NCBI RefSeq assembly: GCF_000012925.1
Contig: NC_007517.1
Location: 2,160,001-2,192,000 of the forward strand
Reading direction: 5' to 3'
Length of the DNA stretch: 32,000 nt
Origin: Geobacter metallireducens GS-15
Lineage (GTDB): Bacteria; Desulfobacterota; Desulfuromonadia; Geobacterales; Geobacteraceae
Part shown: positions 1-9,730 of the stretch, piece by piece
How positions within the stretch are numbered: the stretch's first letter is position 1
How the letters are laid out: each line of letters begins with the position of its first letter
Notes under the pieces: model-generated
Database searches by the model: none
Told to the model about the DNA's origin: nothing
What the model saw: the letters and a program-made list of their open reading frames with translations, nothing else
Position numbers and translations under genes: made by a program

Positions 1-839
1 GTCAGGACATGGATCAGGACCGCGTCGTCAAAGCGCTTCACCTTCTCGAAGGTCTCCATGAGTCGGGCCGTGTCGTGGCCGTCGATGGGGCCGATGTACT
101 CGAACCCGAAGGCCTCGAAGAGCATGCCGGGGGTGAAGAGCCCCTTGAGGGACTCCTCTGCCCGCTTGGCCACCTTCAGAACCCCGTGGCCGATGCGGTC
201 GAGTCCGCCGAGGAACCCTTCCAGGTCCTTCTTCATGGTATGGACGAATTCGCTGGTGACGGTCCGGTTCAAGAAATTCGACAGGGCTCCCACGTTCTCG
301 GCAATGGACATCTCGTTGTCGTTCAGGACCACGACCAGATCCTTGTTCAGGTGCCCGGCGTTATTGAGCCCTTCGTAGGCGAGGCCGCCGGTCATGGAGC
401 CGTCGCCGATGACGGCCACCACCTTGTTCCGCTCCCCCCGCAGGTCCCGGGCAACGGCAAAACCCAGGGCAGCAGAGATGGAGGTAGAGGTGTGCCCTGT
501 GTCGAAGGCATCATGGGAGGACTCGCACCGTTTGGGAAACCCGCTGATTCCGCCAAGGGTGCGGAGCGTGGCGAACCGGTCGCGCCGGCCCGTGAGCAGC
601 TTGTGGGCATAGGCCTGGTGCCCCACGTCCCAGATGATCTTGTCGGCCGGAGAATCGAAGACTCTATGGAGCGCCAGGGTCAACTCGACCACCCCGAGGC
701 TTGGAGCCAGGTGTCCGCCGTTCCTGGCGCAGACGGTAATGATTTTCTCCCGCAACTCCGCGGCAAGCTGTGCAAGCTCCCGCTGGGTGACCCCCTTCAG
801 GTCGCAGGGGGATTCGATGGTGTCGAGAATTGCTGTCAT
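1..839 (-). CDS. dxs: 1-deoxy-D-xylulose-5-phosphate synthase, N-terminal ~279 codons (rest lies beyond the window start)
   Basis: The minus-strand frame is open from the window edge up to ATG at 839..837. It is absent from the ORF track because it runs off the edge. My translation reads MTAILDTIESPCDLKG...WDVGHQAYAHKLLTGRRDRF...VIGDGSMTGGLAYEGLNNAG, which is a typical DXS N-terminus with the ThDP GDG motif. The ATG overlaps the ispA stop (TAATG). Confidence 0.9.
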   Translation of the reverse strand, partial: MTAILDTIESPCDLKGVTQRELAQLAAELREKIITVCARNGGHLAPSLGVVELTLALHRVFDSPADKIIWDVGHQAYAHKLLTGRRDRFATLRTLGGISGFPKRCESSHDAFDTGHTSTSISAALGFAVARDLRGERNKVVAVIGDGSMTGGLAYEGLNNAGHLNKDLVVVLNDNEMSIAENVGALSNFLNRTVTSEFVHTMKKDLEGFLGGLDRIGHGVLKVAKRAEESLKGLFTPGMLFEAFGFEYIGPIDGHDTARLMETFEKVKRFDDAVLIHVL

Positions 840-1732
840 TACGATTTCCGGGATACGATGTAACGGGCGATCTCCCGCAGGGGTTCCGCTTTCTCGCCGA
901 AGGGGGAAAGGGCTTCGAGGGCCAGATCCACCAACTCCTGGGCGCGGCGTTTGGAATCGGCAAGCCCCATGACCGCCGGATAGGTGGCTTTCCCCCGGGC
1001 TTCGTCGCTCCCCGCATCCTTGCCGATCTGCTCGGTGGTACCCTCGATGTCAAGGATGTCATCGGCAATCTGGAACGCAAGGCCGATGGCCTCGCCGTAA
1101 CGGGTCATGGCCGCAAGGGCGTCCCCTTCCGCTCCGCCGAGTATTGCGCCCGCCTTGACCGAAGCCTTCATGAGGGCGCCGGTCTTGTGGGTGTGTATGT
1201 ACTGGACCGTGGCCAGATCGATATCCTTTTTCCCCTCGCTCTCCATGTCGACTACTTGGCCGCCGACCATCCCCCGGGAACCGGCACAGATGCCAATCTC
1301 GTGGATAACCGGAAGAATACGGGCATGTCCGGCCTTTGCGGCGTATTCGGGAGAGCTCATGAGGATGAACGCTTCCGTAAGGAGCGCATCACCGGCAAGG
1401 ATGGCGATTGCCTCGCCGAAAACCTTGTGGTTTGTGGGACGTCCGCGGCGGAAATCGTCGTCGTCCATTGCGGGGAGATCGTCGTGGATGAGGGAATAGG
1501 TGTGGATCATCTCCATGGCGCACGCAGCGGGAAGCGCCAAGTCCGGAGTTCCTCCCACCGCCTCACAGGCGGCGAGCATCAGAACCGGCCGAATCCGTTT
1601 CCCCCCTGCGAAAACCGAATAGCGCATGGCGCGATGAACGGAAACGGGAAGGTCCCCCTCACCGGGCAGGGAGCGTTCAAGAGCTTCATCAACAATGGCA
1701 CAGCGTTCTTTGAGATAGTTTTTAAGGTCCAT
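839..1732 (-). CDS. ispA: (2E,6E)-farnesyl diphosphate synthase / polyprenyl synthetase
   Basis: 297-aa ORF with both Asp-rich prenyltransferase motifs: LIHDDLPAMDDDDFRRG (first) and FQIADDILD (second). It sits in the conserved xseB-ispA-dxs order. Confidence 0.9.
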   Translation of the reverse strand: MDLKNYLKERCAIVDEALERSLPGEGDLPVSVHRAMRYSVFAGGKRIRPVLMLAACEAVGGTPDLALPAACAMEMIHTYSLIHDDLPAMDDDDFRRGRPTNHKVFGEAIAILAGDALLTEAFILMSSPEYAAKAGHARILPVIHEIGICAGSRGMVGGQVVDMESEGKKDIDLATVQYIHTHKTGALMKASVKAGAILGGAEGDALAAMTRYGEAIGLAFQIADDILDIEGTTEQIGKDAGSDEARGKATYPAVMGLADSKRRAQELVDLALEALSPFGEKAEPLREIARYIVSRKS

Positions 1733-1776
1733 GGGAACTCGCTTTGCGTGATATTGTAAATCAGTAATCGCTTGTT

Positions 1777-2007
1777 TCAGTCATCCTCGAGCCGGAACGG
1801 CTCCTTGGCAAAACTGCCGTCCTTCTTTTTGAGCAGTATTTCCACCTTCTTTTCCGCTTCATCCAGCTTTTTCGTGCAGAAAGCAGCCATCTTGACTCCC
1901 TCCTCGAAAGCCTTGAGGGAGTCGTCCAGGGACAGTTCACCACTTTCCAGCCGGTTCACCACGTCTTCCAGTTTCTTGAGGGCAGTCTCGAACTTCTCTA
2001 CGGCCAT
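1777..2007 (-). CDS. xseB: exodeoxyribonuclease VII small subunit
   Basis: The sequence MAVEKFETALKKLEDVVNRLESGELSLDDSLKAFEEGVKMAAFC is a typical XseB helical hairpin. The track ORF extends to 2055. I prefer ATG 2007 because GGAAAGG lies 6 nt upstream of it. ATG 2013 directly abuts that SD. Confidence 0.8.
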   Translation of the reverse strand: MAVEKFETALKKLEDVVNRLESGELSLDDSLKAFEEGVKMAAFCTKKLDEAEKKVEILLKKKDGSFAKEPFRLEDD

Positions 2008-2061
2008 GGGCATCCTTTCCGACAAAAAAGAAGGTTTATTATACTGATTAGCCAAGCTGCG

Positions 2062-2739
2062 TCAAGGAGTTACACTAAAGCCGGCAGCAAACCGATGCCA
2101 GTCGAAGCGAGTGAAGTCGATGAGGAGGGCGGTCGGGATAAAGGTGTCCAATTCCCGGAACTCCTGTCCCAGGAGCCGTTCCGAGAAGTGCCGAAAGAGG
2201 CGGACCTCCTCCCGGAATATCTTCGTGAACTCCCCCCGAAGCCCTGCATCGGCCAAGGGGTCTCCGCCAACGTAGTTGAGAGTGCACCACTCATCGTGGA
2301 GCACCTCCCCCGTCAGGTCCACGAGGGGCAGGCCATGGAGCCGGCAGGTCATGGGACGGAACCCGTAGACGAGGCATCTGCCGTCCGCCCCCAGAAGCGG
2401 GCAGGGAGTCTCGTCGTCATCGGGCATGAGAAGTTCCCATTCCTCCTCGGGGCGGTAGTTGAGCATATAGGGGTGAGCGAACTCGGGCCAGAGCCGCAGG
2501 AGGCCCGCAAGGCGTTTCCGGCACTTGACGAGCACCTGTTCACGCGTAAACGCGTCGAGCCGGTCAAAACCTTCTTTCAGGAGCGCCGCATCGAGAAGCG
2601 TGATGTCGAAGAGCCCCCGACAGCACTCGGAACACCCTTCAGCGCAGCGGATGTGTTCGCCTGAACGGGCAATGCAGCGGCTGAACCAATGATCTACTTC
2701 AGAGAGCAGTCTGCGGTATTCGTCGAGAACCTCGTTCAT
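2062..2739 (-). CDS. YkgJ-family (CxxCxxCC) cysteine-cluster protein, putative Zn/Fe-binding
   Basis: 225 aa with CAEGCSECCRGLF near the N-terminus and CPLLGADGRCLVYGFRPMTCRLHG in the middle, the pattern of the UPF0153/YkgJ family. SD GAGGAG lies upstream of ATG 2739. Confidence 0.75.
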   Translation of the reverse strand: MNEVLDEYRRLLSEVDHWFSRCIARSGEHIRCAEGCSECCRGLFDITLLDAALLKEGFDRLDAFTREQVLVKCRKRLAGLLRLWPEFAHPYMLNYRPEEEWELLMPDDDETPCPLLGADGRCLVYGFRPMTCRLHGLPLVDLTGEVLHDEWCTLNYVGGDPLADAGLRGEFTKIFREEVRLFRHFSERLLGQEFRELDTFIPTALLIDFTRFDWHRFAAGFSVTP

Positions 2740-2747
2740 ATCTCCTC

Positions 2748-2777
2748 AAAAAAAGAAGGCGGGAAACTCCCGCCTTC
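2748..2777 (-). terminator. Rho-independent terminator downstream of pyrE
   Basis: Read on the minus strand: GAAGGCGGGA-gtt-TCCCGCCTTC (10-bp perfect stem, 2755..2777) followed by TTTTTTT (2748..2754). The T-tract runs straight into the SD of the ykgJ-like gene. Confidence 0.7.
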
Positions 2778-2801
2778 TCTGCGCAATGCACTAATCGTTT
2801 T

Positions 2802-3350
2802 TCAGGCCACAAGCTGAGACTTGGTAAAAATGCTTCTCAGCCAGACCCCTTCCGCCTCGATGTTCTCGCGGCCCCCCTCCTCACGGTCCACGAGGGCGAC
2901 GATGCCGAGCACGACCAGCCCTTCCTCTTCGGCCCGCCGGACTGCTTTCATGGAAGAACCGCCGGTGGTGACCACGTCCTCCACGATAACGACCCGAGCC
3001 CCGGGGGGGAGGTTCTTGCGCCCTTCGAGCCACTGGCCGGTGCCGTGCCCCTTGGGCTCCTTGCGGATAATGAAGGCGTGCATGGGGCGTCCGTCCAGAA
3101 ACGCCGCAATGGAGGTGGCGGTGGCGATGGGATCGGCCCCCAGGGTGATCCCCCCTACCCCCTGGACATTTTCCACGTCCTTGATGGCTTCATAGAAGAG
3201 CTTGCCGACCAGGAGCCCCCCCTCGGCATGGAGGGTAGTCTGCTTGCCGTCAAAGTAGAAGTCGCTCTCGCGGCCCGAAGCGAGGGTAACCTTCCGTTTT
3301 TCATAGGAGAGTTCAATAATTATCTGTTTCAAGCGCTCCCGGTCAGTCAT
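2802..3350 (-). CDS. pyrE: orotate phosphoribosyltransferase
   Basis: 182 aa with the PRPP-binding loop VVIVEDVVTTGGS. Length and overall pattern fit the short PyrE type. Confidence 0.9.
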   Translation of the reverse strand: MTDRERLKQIIIELSYEKRKVTLASGRESDFYFDGKQTTLHAEGGLLVGKLFYEAIKDVENVQGVGGITLGADPIATATSIAAFLDGRPMHAFIIRKEPKGHGTGQWLEGRKNLPPGARVVIVEDVVTTGGSSMKAVRRAEEEGLVVLGIVALVDREEGGRENIEAEGVWLRSIFTKSQLVA

Positions 3351-3367
3351 GGTCGAATCTGCTCCTT

Positions 3368-4768
3368 TCAGAAGAGGTCCAGCTGGGGCGCAGCCGCCAG
3401 CTTAGGGAATGTGATGGGGTAGTTGCCGGAGAAGCAAGCCTTGCAAAAGGGATTCTCACCGGCCCCCACTGCCTTCAGCAGCCCCTCCTCCGACAGGTAG
3501 CCGAGGGAATCGGCGGTGATGTACCGGCGGATTTCCTCGATGGTGTGGGACGAGGAGATGAGTTCCTTCCGGGTGGGGGTATCGATGCCGTAGTAGCAGG
3601 GGTAGCTGGTAGGGGGGGAGGAAATCCGGACATGAACTTCCTTCGCGCCGGCGTTGCGCACCATCTTGACGATCTTGCGGGAGGTGGTGCCGCGGACGAT
3701 GGAGTCGTCGATGACCACGACCCGTTTTCCCTCCAGGATCTCGCGCACCGGGTTCAGCTTGATCTTGACCCCGAAGTGGCGGATCGACTGCTGGGGTTCG
3801 ATGAAGGTCCGGCCGATGTAGTGGTTGCGGATCAGTCCCAGTTCGAAGGGAAGCCCCGCCTCCTGGGCATAGCCCAGGGCCGCCGGCACCCCCGAATCGG
3901 GAACCGGGATCACGATATCGGCATCCACCTGGTGCTCCCGGGCCAGTTGCCGACCGAAATCCTTGCGGACCATATAGACGTTTTTTCCGAAGATGTAGGA
4001 ATCGGGACGGGCGAAATAGACGAATTCGAAGATGCAGGGGGCTGCCTCGGACTTCTTGAGGGGGAAATGGGAGGTGATGCCGTCCTTGGTGATGACGATG
4101 ACCTCTCCTGGCTCCACCTCGCGGATGAATTCGGCCTCGATGAGGTCCAGGGCACAGCTCTCCGAGGCGACCACCCAGCCGTCACCGAGCTTGCCGAGAC
4201 AGAGGGGCCGGAATCCCTGGGGATCGCGGGCAGCCACCATGCGGGTCTCGGTCAGGAAGAGGAGGCAGTAGGCCCCTTTCAGGCGGCCGAGGGCCTCGGC
4301 GATGCGGTCTTCAAGGGCGTTCTGCTTGGAGGAGGCCAGGAGGTGCAGGATCACCTCGGTGTCCATAGTGGTCTGGAAGATGGAGCCCCACGCTTCCAGC
4401 TCGTCCTTGACCATCTGGGCGTTTACCAGGTTGCCGTTGTGGGCCACGGCAATGGAGCCCCGGGAATAATCGACCTTGATGGGCTGGACGTTCTTGGTGA
4501 CCGAGTCGCCGGTGGTAGAGTAGCGGACGTGCCCAATGGCCGCCTCACCCGGGAGGTTGCGGAAAATCGCCTGGTCGCCGAAAACATCGGCCACCAGCCC
4601 CATGCTCCGGTGGACGTGGAGGCTCCGTCCGTCCGAGGAAACAATGCCGCAGGCTTCCTGCCCCCGGTGCTGGAGGGCGTAAAGTCCGAGGTAGGTCAGG
4701 TTTGCCGCCTCGGGATGTCCATAAATTCCAAAAATGCCGCACTCTTCCGTAGGTCTGTAAAGCTTCAT
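3368..4768 (-). CDS. purF: amidophosphoribosyltransferase
   Basis: An internal ATG at 4768 gives [17 protein letters not shown] (Ntn catalytic Cys). It also carries the PRPP motif [13 protein letters not shown] and C-terminal Cys ligands ([18 protein letters not shown]). GGAG lies about 5 nt upstream. The 74-codon Arg/Pro-rich extension in the track ORF (to 4990) overlaps purQ and was discarded. Confidence 0.9.
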   Translation of the reverse strand: MKLYRPTEECGIFGIYGHPEAANLTYLGLYALQHRGQEACGIVSSDGRSLHVHRSMGLVADVFGDQAIFRNLPGEAAIGHVRYSTTGDSVTKNVQPIKVDYSRGSIAVAHNGNLVNAQMVKDELEAWGSIFQTTMDTEVILHLLASSKQNALEDRIAEALGRLKGAYCLLFLTETRMVAARDPQGFRPLCLGKLGDGWVVASESCALDLIEAEFIREVEPGEVIVITKDGITSHFPLKKSEAAPCIFEFVYFARPDSYIFGKNVYMVRKDFGRQLAREHQVDADIVIPVPDSGVPAALGYAQEAGLPFELGLIRNHYIGRTFIEPQQSIRHFGVKIKLNPVREILEGKRVVVIDDSIVRGTTSRKIVKMVRNAGAKEVHVRISSPPTSYPCYYGIDTPTRKELISSSHTIEEIRRYITADSLGYLSEEGLLKAVGAGENPFCKACFSGNYPITFPKLAAAPQLDLF

Positions 4769-4790
4769 TCCGTCTCCATGCACGAAATAA

Positions 4791-4812
4791 GCGGCTGCAC
4801 GGTGGCAGCCGC
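4791..4812 (-). terminator. GC-rich hairpin between purQ and purF (weak terminator, attenuator or processing site)
   Basis: GCGGCTGC-6 nt-GCAGCCGC (8-bp stem). On the minus strand it is followed only by TTATTTCG, so the U-tract is poor. Confidence 0.3.
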
Positions 4813-4827
4813 CTGGTTTCAGCGGTC

Positions 4828-5655
4828 TTACAGCAAGTTTAGTTTGACATACTCGGCAGCGTTCTTGAAGAGGACAAGGCCGTCCCCTTCTTCGGGAAGC
4901 TCCTCGCGGGTCCAGCGGGGATGCTGGGTCCGGTGGACGAAGGCCTCGGGGTGGGGCATCATCCCCATGAGGCGGCCGGTCCCGTCGCAAAGGGCCGCAA
5001 TGGCGTTCACCGACCCGTTGGGGTTCAAGGGGAATTCCATGGTGGGGGCGTCGTAGGCGGCGTCGGAATATTTGAAAACAGCCAGATGTTTTTCCTCGAT
5101 GGCGGCAAGGGTGGCCGGGCCGTCGACGACAAACTTCCCTTCACCGTGACGCATCGGCAGGTACAGCCCCTTTGCTACCCCCTTCGTGTAGACCGAGGGA
5201 GATGTTGGATCCACCTTGAGATAGACCCAGCGGTCCTGGAAGCGGCCACAGTCGTTGAAAGTCAGCGTCGCGGTTTGTTTGAGATAGGCGCCGTCTAGGG
5301 CCGGCAGAAGCCCCATCTTCACCATGAGCTGAAAGCCGTTGCAGACCCCGAGGATCAGCTTCCCCGCCTCGATGAATCGGGTTAACTGATCGATGAGATG
5401 TTCGGCCAGATCGTTCACCTTGGCGTACCGGAAACGGTTGGCCTGGGCCTTGGCGCTCCCCAGATCGTCGCCGTCCAGGAAACCGCCGGTGAGGTTGATG
5501 AAGTGGAAATCGTCCAACCGAATATCCCCGGACAGGAGGTCGGAGATGTGGGCAATGACCGCCTCGTCGAAGCCGCCGAGCCGGCAGGCGTGGGCCGCCT
5601 CCGTCTCGCAGTTGGTACCGTTACCGGTTATGACTAGTGCACGTGCTTTTGCCAT
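4828..5655 (-). CDS. purQ: phosphoribosylformylglycinamidine synthase, glutamine amidotransferase subunit (long PurQ type)
   Basis: 275 aa with the class-I GATase nucleophile elbow [10 protein letters not shown] and the MMPHPE His/Glu motif. The start lies 1 nt after the purL stop. Confidence 0.85.
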   Translation of the reverse strand: MAKARALVITGNGTNCETEAAHACRLGGFDEAVIAHISDLLSGDIRLDDFHFINLTGGFLDGDDLGSAKAQANRFRYAKVNDLAEHLIDQLTRFIEAGKLILGVCNGFQLMVKMGLLPALDGAYLKQTATLTFNDCGRFQDRWVYLKVDPTSPSVYTKGVAKGLYLPMRHGEGKFVVDGPATLAAIEEKHLAVFKYSDAAYDAPTMEFPLNPNGSVNAIAALCDGTGRLMGMMPHPEAFVHRTQHPRWTREELPEEGDGLVLFKNAAEYVKLNLL

Positions 5656-5656
5656 G

Positions 5657-8647
5657 TTACAGCTCCCTCAGCGGGCTCTGCCACGCTTCTTTCAGTTCGT
5701 CGATGCTTGCTTCGACCACCGCCTGGCCGGAAAGGCCCGTGATACGCACCGCCCCCTCTTCCGTCACCACACCGATGGCAGAGAAGCAGTTCCCCGCCAT
5801 GATCGCCTCGAAAGCATCGCGGTTCCCGGGACGCACCGTGACCAGGTGCCGTGACGCCGACTCGGAGAAGAGCAGAGCCGCATCATTGCGCATGGCGTCG
5901 TCGCCCGTCCAGAGAACCTTGCCCAGATCCGCGGAAATACCGTAACCGCCGGCAAAGGCCTTCTCGGCCAGGGCCACGGCGAGGCCGCCGTCGGAGAGGT
6001 CGTGGCAGGAGGCCACAAGCCCGCCGGTGATGGCCGTGTGCAGGGCGTTGTAGCGCTTGAGGGCCTTTTCGGGGTTCACCGTCGGCACGTTGTTGCCGAT
6101 GACACCCTGCAATGCCAGATATTCGGAGCCCCCCAGTTCGTTGCCGGTTCTCCCCAGGAGGTAAACGACGTCGCCGGGGCGCTTGGCATCCATGGTGACG
6201 CTTCTGCGGGCGTCTTCTATCTTGCCGATGACCGAGAAGAGGATGGTCGGCGGGATGGAGATCTTGGTGGCCCCGTCGTAGAAGTCGTTTTTCATGGAGT
6301 CCTTGCCCGAGATGAGCGGCAGGTTGTAGGCGAGGCAGACGTCGTAGAGGGCCTGGTTCGCCCGCACCAGTTGGGCCATCTTGTACTCGCCGTCGGGAGT
6401 CTTTTCCGACCTCACCGGATCGCACCAGCAGAAGTTATCGAGCCCCGCCACGAGATCCAGGGCGCCACCCACGGCCACGTAGTTGCGCAGGGCTTCGTCA
6501 ATGGCGTTGGCGGTCATGTGGTAGGTGTCGATGTCCGAGTAGCGGGGACAGATGCCGTGGGCAACCACCACCCCCTCGAAGGAGTCGAGGATTGGGCGGA
6601 CCACCGCGGCATCGGAGGGGCCGTCGTTGGCCACGCCAGTGAAGGGCTTCACGACGCTTCCCCCCTGCACCTCATGGTCGTAACGGCGCACCACCGACTC
6701 CTTGGAGCAGATGTTGAGGGAACCGAGGAGCGCCTTCAGGTCCGCGGTGTAATCACCTTTCACCTGAAGGGTCGGTTCGGCATGGCGAGGTGGCACCCAT
6801 TTGGCCGGAAGCTGCATGGGGGGAAGCCCCTCGTGCATGAACTCCATGGGGAGCCAGGCCACGGTGCGGTCACCGTAGAGGATATGGAAGTAGCCGCTGT
6901 CGGTGAACTCACCCAATACCGTCGCCTCGACGTTGAAGCGCTTCGCCATGGCCAGAAACTCGTCGATCTGCTCGGGGGGCACCGCAAGGCTCATCCGCTC
7001 CTGAGCTTCGGAGATGAGGATCTCCCACGGATCAAGCCCCGGATACTTGAGGGGGGCCTTTTCCAGGTCCATCCGGCAGCCGCCGCACTCGCCCGACATT
7101 TCCCCGATGGATGAGGAGAGCCCGCCGGCGCCGTTGTCGGTGATAAATCGGTAGAGCCCCTTGTCCCGGGCACGGATGAGGAAATCGAACATCCGCTTCT
7201 GGGTGATGGGGTCGCCGATCTGGACCGCCGTAACCGGAGAATTCTCGTTCAGCTCCTCGGAGGAGAAGGTGGCGCCGTGGATGCCGTCCTTGCCGATGCG
7301 GCCGCCGGTCATGACGATCAGGTCACCCGGCTTGATTGCTTTCTCGTGGCCCAACTCGCCGTTCAGGGTGGCCGGCATGATCCCGGCCGTGCCGCAGAAA
7401 ACCAGGGGCTTGCCGGCAAATCGCTCGTCAAAAACGAGAGAGCCGTTCACCGTGGGGATGCCGCTCTTGTTGCCACCGTGCTCGACTCCCTCCACGACCC
7501 CTTCGTAGATGCGCCGGGGATGCAGGAGCCGCGACGGCAAGGGCTTATCGTAGAAGGGATCGGCGAAGCAGAAAACGTCCGTGTTGAAGATGAGCTTGGC
7601 ACCTTTGCCGGTGCCGAAGGGATCCCTGTTCACGCCGACGATGCCGGTGAGAGCCCCGCCGTAGGGGTCGAGGGCTGATGGAGAGTTGTGGGTCTCCACC
7701 TTGAAGACCAAGGACCAGTCGTCGTTGAACCGAATGACCCCGGCGTTGTCCTTGAAGACCGAGAGGCAAAAGTCGCTGTCGCCCAGCTTTTCCCGCACGT
7801 CCTTTGTGGTGCGCTGGATGAACGACTTAAAGAGGGACTTGATCTCCTGCCGGTTCCCCTGCTCATCCTCGTAGTGAACCGTGCCGGCGAAGATCTTGTG
7901 TTTGCAGTGTTCGGACCAGGTCTGGGCCAGGCACTCCAGTTCCACGTCGGTCGGTCTAACGCCGAGACCCTGCTTCCGGCGCTCCTCCTGCACCTTCGGA
8001 TCCCGGTAGTGGGCCTGGATGATCTTCATCTCCTCCAGGGTCAGGGCCAGAACCCCGTCCTTGCTGATACGCAGCAGCTCATCGTCGGAAACCTCCAGGT
8101 CGATATCCCTGACCTGGGCTTTGGTTTCGCCCTGAACTTTGGGGACCGAAACCGGCACTCCCCCCTGGGCCGCGAACTCGGCCCTGTCCAGAACCACGAA
8201 GCGCTGGATAAGGGCGTTGCCGAGGAGGTCCCGGGCGATCCGCTCCACGTCGGCACGGGAGAGTTTCCCGCTCAGAAGGTACTGGACCGAGGTGTAGACC
8301 CCCTCCCCCGCCTCCATGGGCCGGCCGGTGATGTACTCGATTGCTTCCCGGCCGGTGCGCCCCACGTTGTCGGTAACCCCGGGACGGTATCCCACCTCCA
8401 CGAGAAAATCGAAACCGGCAGCCAGGGGACGGTCGATGCTCCAGACCTGGATGACCGGGTCGCAGAAGGGCTCCGAGGCGGCCTTGACAAGCTCCTCCTC
8501 GGAAAGCTTCGCATCAACGGTGTAGACGTCGATGGTCCGCACCGCTTCCACCGGCAGATGGAGAAAATGCTCGATCTCGCGTTTGATCCGCTCGCCACGG
8601 GCGTCACGGACGCCTTCCTTGAGGGCAATCTCAATTCGTCTCGCCAT
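5657..8647 (-). CDS. purL: phosphoribosylformylglycinamidine synthase, synthetase subunit (large ~1000-aa form with an N-terminal PurS-like/linker region)
   Basis: 996 aa. It contains WSEHCKHKIF, ETHNSPSALDPYGGALTG and duplicated PurM-like ATP-grasp halves. An N-terminal stretch of about 200 aa precedes the core. Confidence 0.9.
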   Translation of the reverse strand: MARRIEIALKEGVRDARGERIKREIEHFLHLPVEAVRTIDVYTVDAKLSEEELVKAASEPFCDPVIQVWSIDRPLAAGFDFLVEVGYRPGVTDNVGRTGREAIEYITGRPMEAGEGVYTSVQYLLSGKLSRADVERIARDLLGNALIQRFVVLDRAEFAAQGGVPVSVPKVQGETKAQVRDIDLEVSDDELLRISKDGVLALTLEEMKIIQAHYRDPKVQEERRKQGLGVRPTDVELECLAQTWSEHCKHKIFAGTVHYEDEQGNRQEIKSLFKSFIQRTTKDVREKLGDSDFCLSVFKDNAGVIRFNDDWSLVFKVETHNSPSALDPYGGALTGIVGVNRDPFGTGKGAKLIFNTDVFCFADPFYDKPLPSRLLHPRRIYEGVVEGVEHGGNKSGIPTVNGSLVFDERFAGKPLVFCGTAGIMPATLNGELGHEKAIKPGDLIVMTGGRIGKDGIHGATFSSEELNENSPVTAVQIGDPITQKRMFDFLIRARDKGLYRFITDNGAGGLSSSIGEMSGECGGCRMDLEKAPLKYPGLDPWEILISEAQERMSLAVPPEQIDEFLAMAKRFNVEATVLGEFTDSGYFHILYGDRTVAWLPMEFMHEGLPPMQLPAKWVPPRHAEPTLQVKGDYTADLKALLGSLNICSKESVVRRYDHEVQGGSVVKPFTGVANDGPSDAAVVRPILDSFEGVVVAHGICPRYSDIDTYHMTANAIDEALRNYVAVGGALDLVAGLDNFCWCDPVRSEKTPDGEYKMAQLVRANQALYDVCLAYNLPLISGKDSMKNDFYDGATKISIPPTILFSVIGKIEDARRSVTMDAKRPGDVVYLLGRTGNELGGSEYLALQGVIGNNVPTVNPEKALKRYNALHTAITGGLVASCHDLSDGGLAVALAEKAFAGGYGISADLGKVLWTGDDAMRNDAALLFSESASRHLVTVRPGNRDAFEAIMAGNCFSAIGVVTEEGAVRITGLSGQAVVEASIDELKEAWQSPLREL

Positions 8648-9730
8648 TTAGTTTTCCTTTTCCAGGAACACGGTCCGTGTCGGGTAGGGTATGGTGATGC
8701 CATGCTCCCTGAACCGGTTGATGATCTGTTCGTTGATGCGGTCGGTAACGGCGAAGAGCCGCGTATAATCCTCGACCCAGAAGAAGAGCGACATGCCGAG
8801 GGCACTATCGCCAAAGGAAACGAAAAACGCCTCCGGAGCAGGATTGGGGAGCACCTCGGGGACGTCGAGGGCCGTTTGAATCATGATCCCCTTAACCTTT
8901 TCCACGTCACTTTCGTAGCCGACCCCCACGTTTATCCGCCCCTTGGCCCTCGTGTCGGGATATGCCAGGTTGATAAGCGTCGTATTGCAGAGCTCGGAGT
9001 TGGGAATGACAAGAAGCGTGTTGTCGACGGTCTTGATCTTGGTGGTGCGCAGGCCGATATCGTTCACATCTCCCCATTGGCCGGAGGTGAGTTGGATCCG
9101 GTCTCCGATCCGGAACGGCCGGTCAACCATGAGGGTAAAGCCGGAAATCATGTTGGCCAGGGTGTCCTTGGCCGCCATGCCGATGGCGAGGGAGCCGACG
9201 CCAAGAGCCGTAAGCACCGACACGATGTCATAGTCGAAGTGCCTGAGCGTCACCATCAGGGCAATTCCCACCAGAAAAATCGTCACGATCTTTTCCAGGG
9301 GGGGGATGATCTGCCGGTCAACTCCGGCACCGTGCCGCTCGGCGAGCTTCGCACCGTACCATTCGAGGAGCTCCGCAATGACCCGCTCCACGATAACGGT
9401 GACGACGATAATGTTGAGGATATATACCGCTCCCGACAAAACCACATGGGCCTTCTCGGGGAGCGGCAGTGACCGTACCGCAAAGTAAAGGCCGGCGAAA
9501 ACCACCAGGAGGCTTGCCGGCGGCGTTACCCGCTGGATGATCCGGTCGTCGAGGCCGGTGCGCGTAAAGGCGGTCAACCGGGGCACCCAGGAGGTGAGGA
9601 TGTAGCGAACCACCTGGGAAAGACCCCAAAATAACGTGAATATGACAACGGCTACGAGGATCTCCTTCAACCAGAAGAGAAGGAGGTGATCTGACTCCTC
9701 GAGCCGGAGGAAATTGAGGATGTTATCCAC
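8648..9730 (-). CDS. mechanosensitive ion channel family protein (MscS-like)
   Basis: It has N-terminal TM helices and then the MscS signature region LANMISGFTLMVDRPFRIGDRIQL...GDVNDIGLRTTKIKTVDNTLLVIPNSEL. The start is uncertain. GTG 9730 has GAGGG 6 nt upstream. The track start ATG 9760 would overlap purB by 38 nt. The stop abuts the purL ATG. Confidence 0.8.
   Translation of the reverse strand: MDNILNFLRLEESDHLLLFWLKEILVAVVIFTLFWGLSQVVRYILTSWVPRLTAFTRTGLDDRIIQRVTPPASLLVVFAGLYFAVRSLPLPEKAHVVLSGAVYILNIIVVTVIVERVIAELLEWYGAKLAERHGAGVDRQIIPPLEKIVTIFLVGIALMVTLRHFDYDIVSVLTALGVGSLAIGMAAKDTLANMISGFTLMVDRPFRIGDRIQLTSGQWGDVNDIGLRTTKIKTVDNTLLVIPNSELCNTTLINLAYPDTRAKGRINVGVGYESDVEKVKGIMIQTALDVPEVLPNPAPEAFFVSFGDSALGMSLFFWVEDYTRLFAVTDRINEQIINRFREHGITIPYPTRTVFLEKEN

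Noticed and set aside
4769-4990. N-terminal extensions in the ORF track for purF (to 4990) and scpA (24907..25080).
   Set aside because: Both extensions are Arg/Pro/Gly-rich and overlap the upstream gene. In each case they precede an internal ATG with a good SD that yields the canonical family N-terminus (MKLY..CGIFG for purF, MSNGG..FEGPLDLLLHLI for scpA).
3545-9472. Very long plus-strand ORFs antisense to purF, purL and mscS (3545..5056 at 503 aa, 6002..7114 at 370 aa, and 7688..9472 at 594 aa, the last spanning the purL/mscS junction). Similar ones lie over ispA and purB (830..1759, 9714..10343, 10362..11138).
   Set aside because: They lie opposite well-supported genes in ~65% GC DNA, where stop codons are rare in the antisense frame. 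Their translations are low-complexity (Gly/Asp/Val/His/Arg-rich) with no recognisable motifs, SD sequences or independent boundaries.
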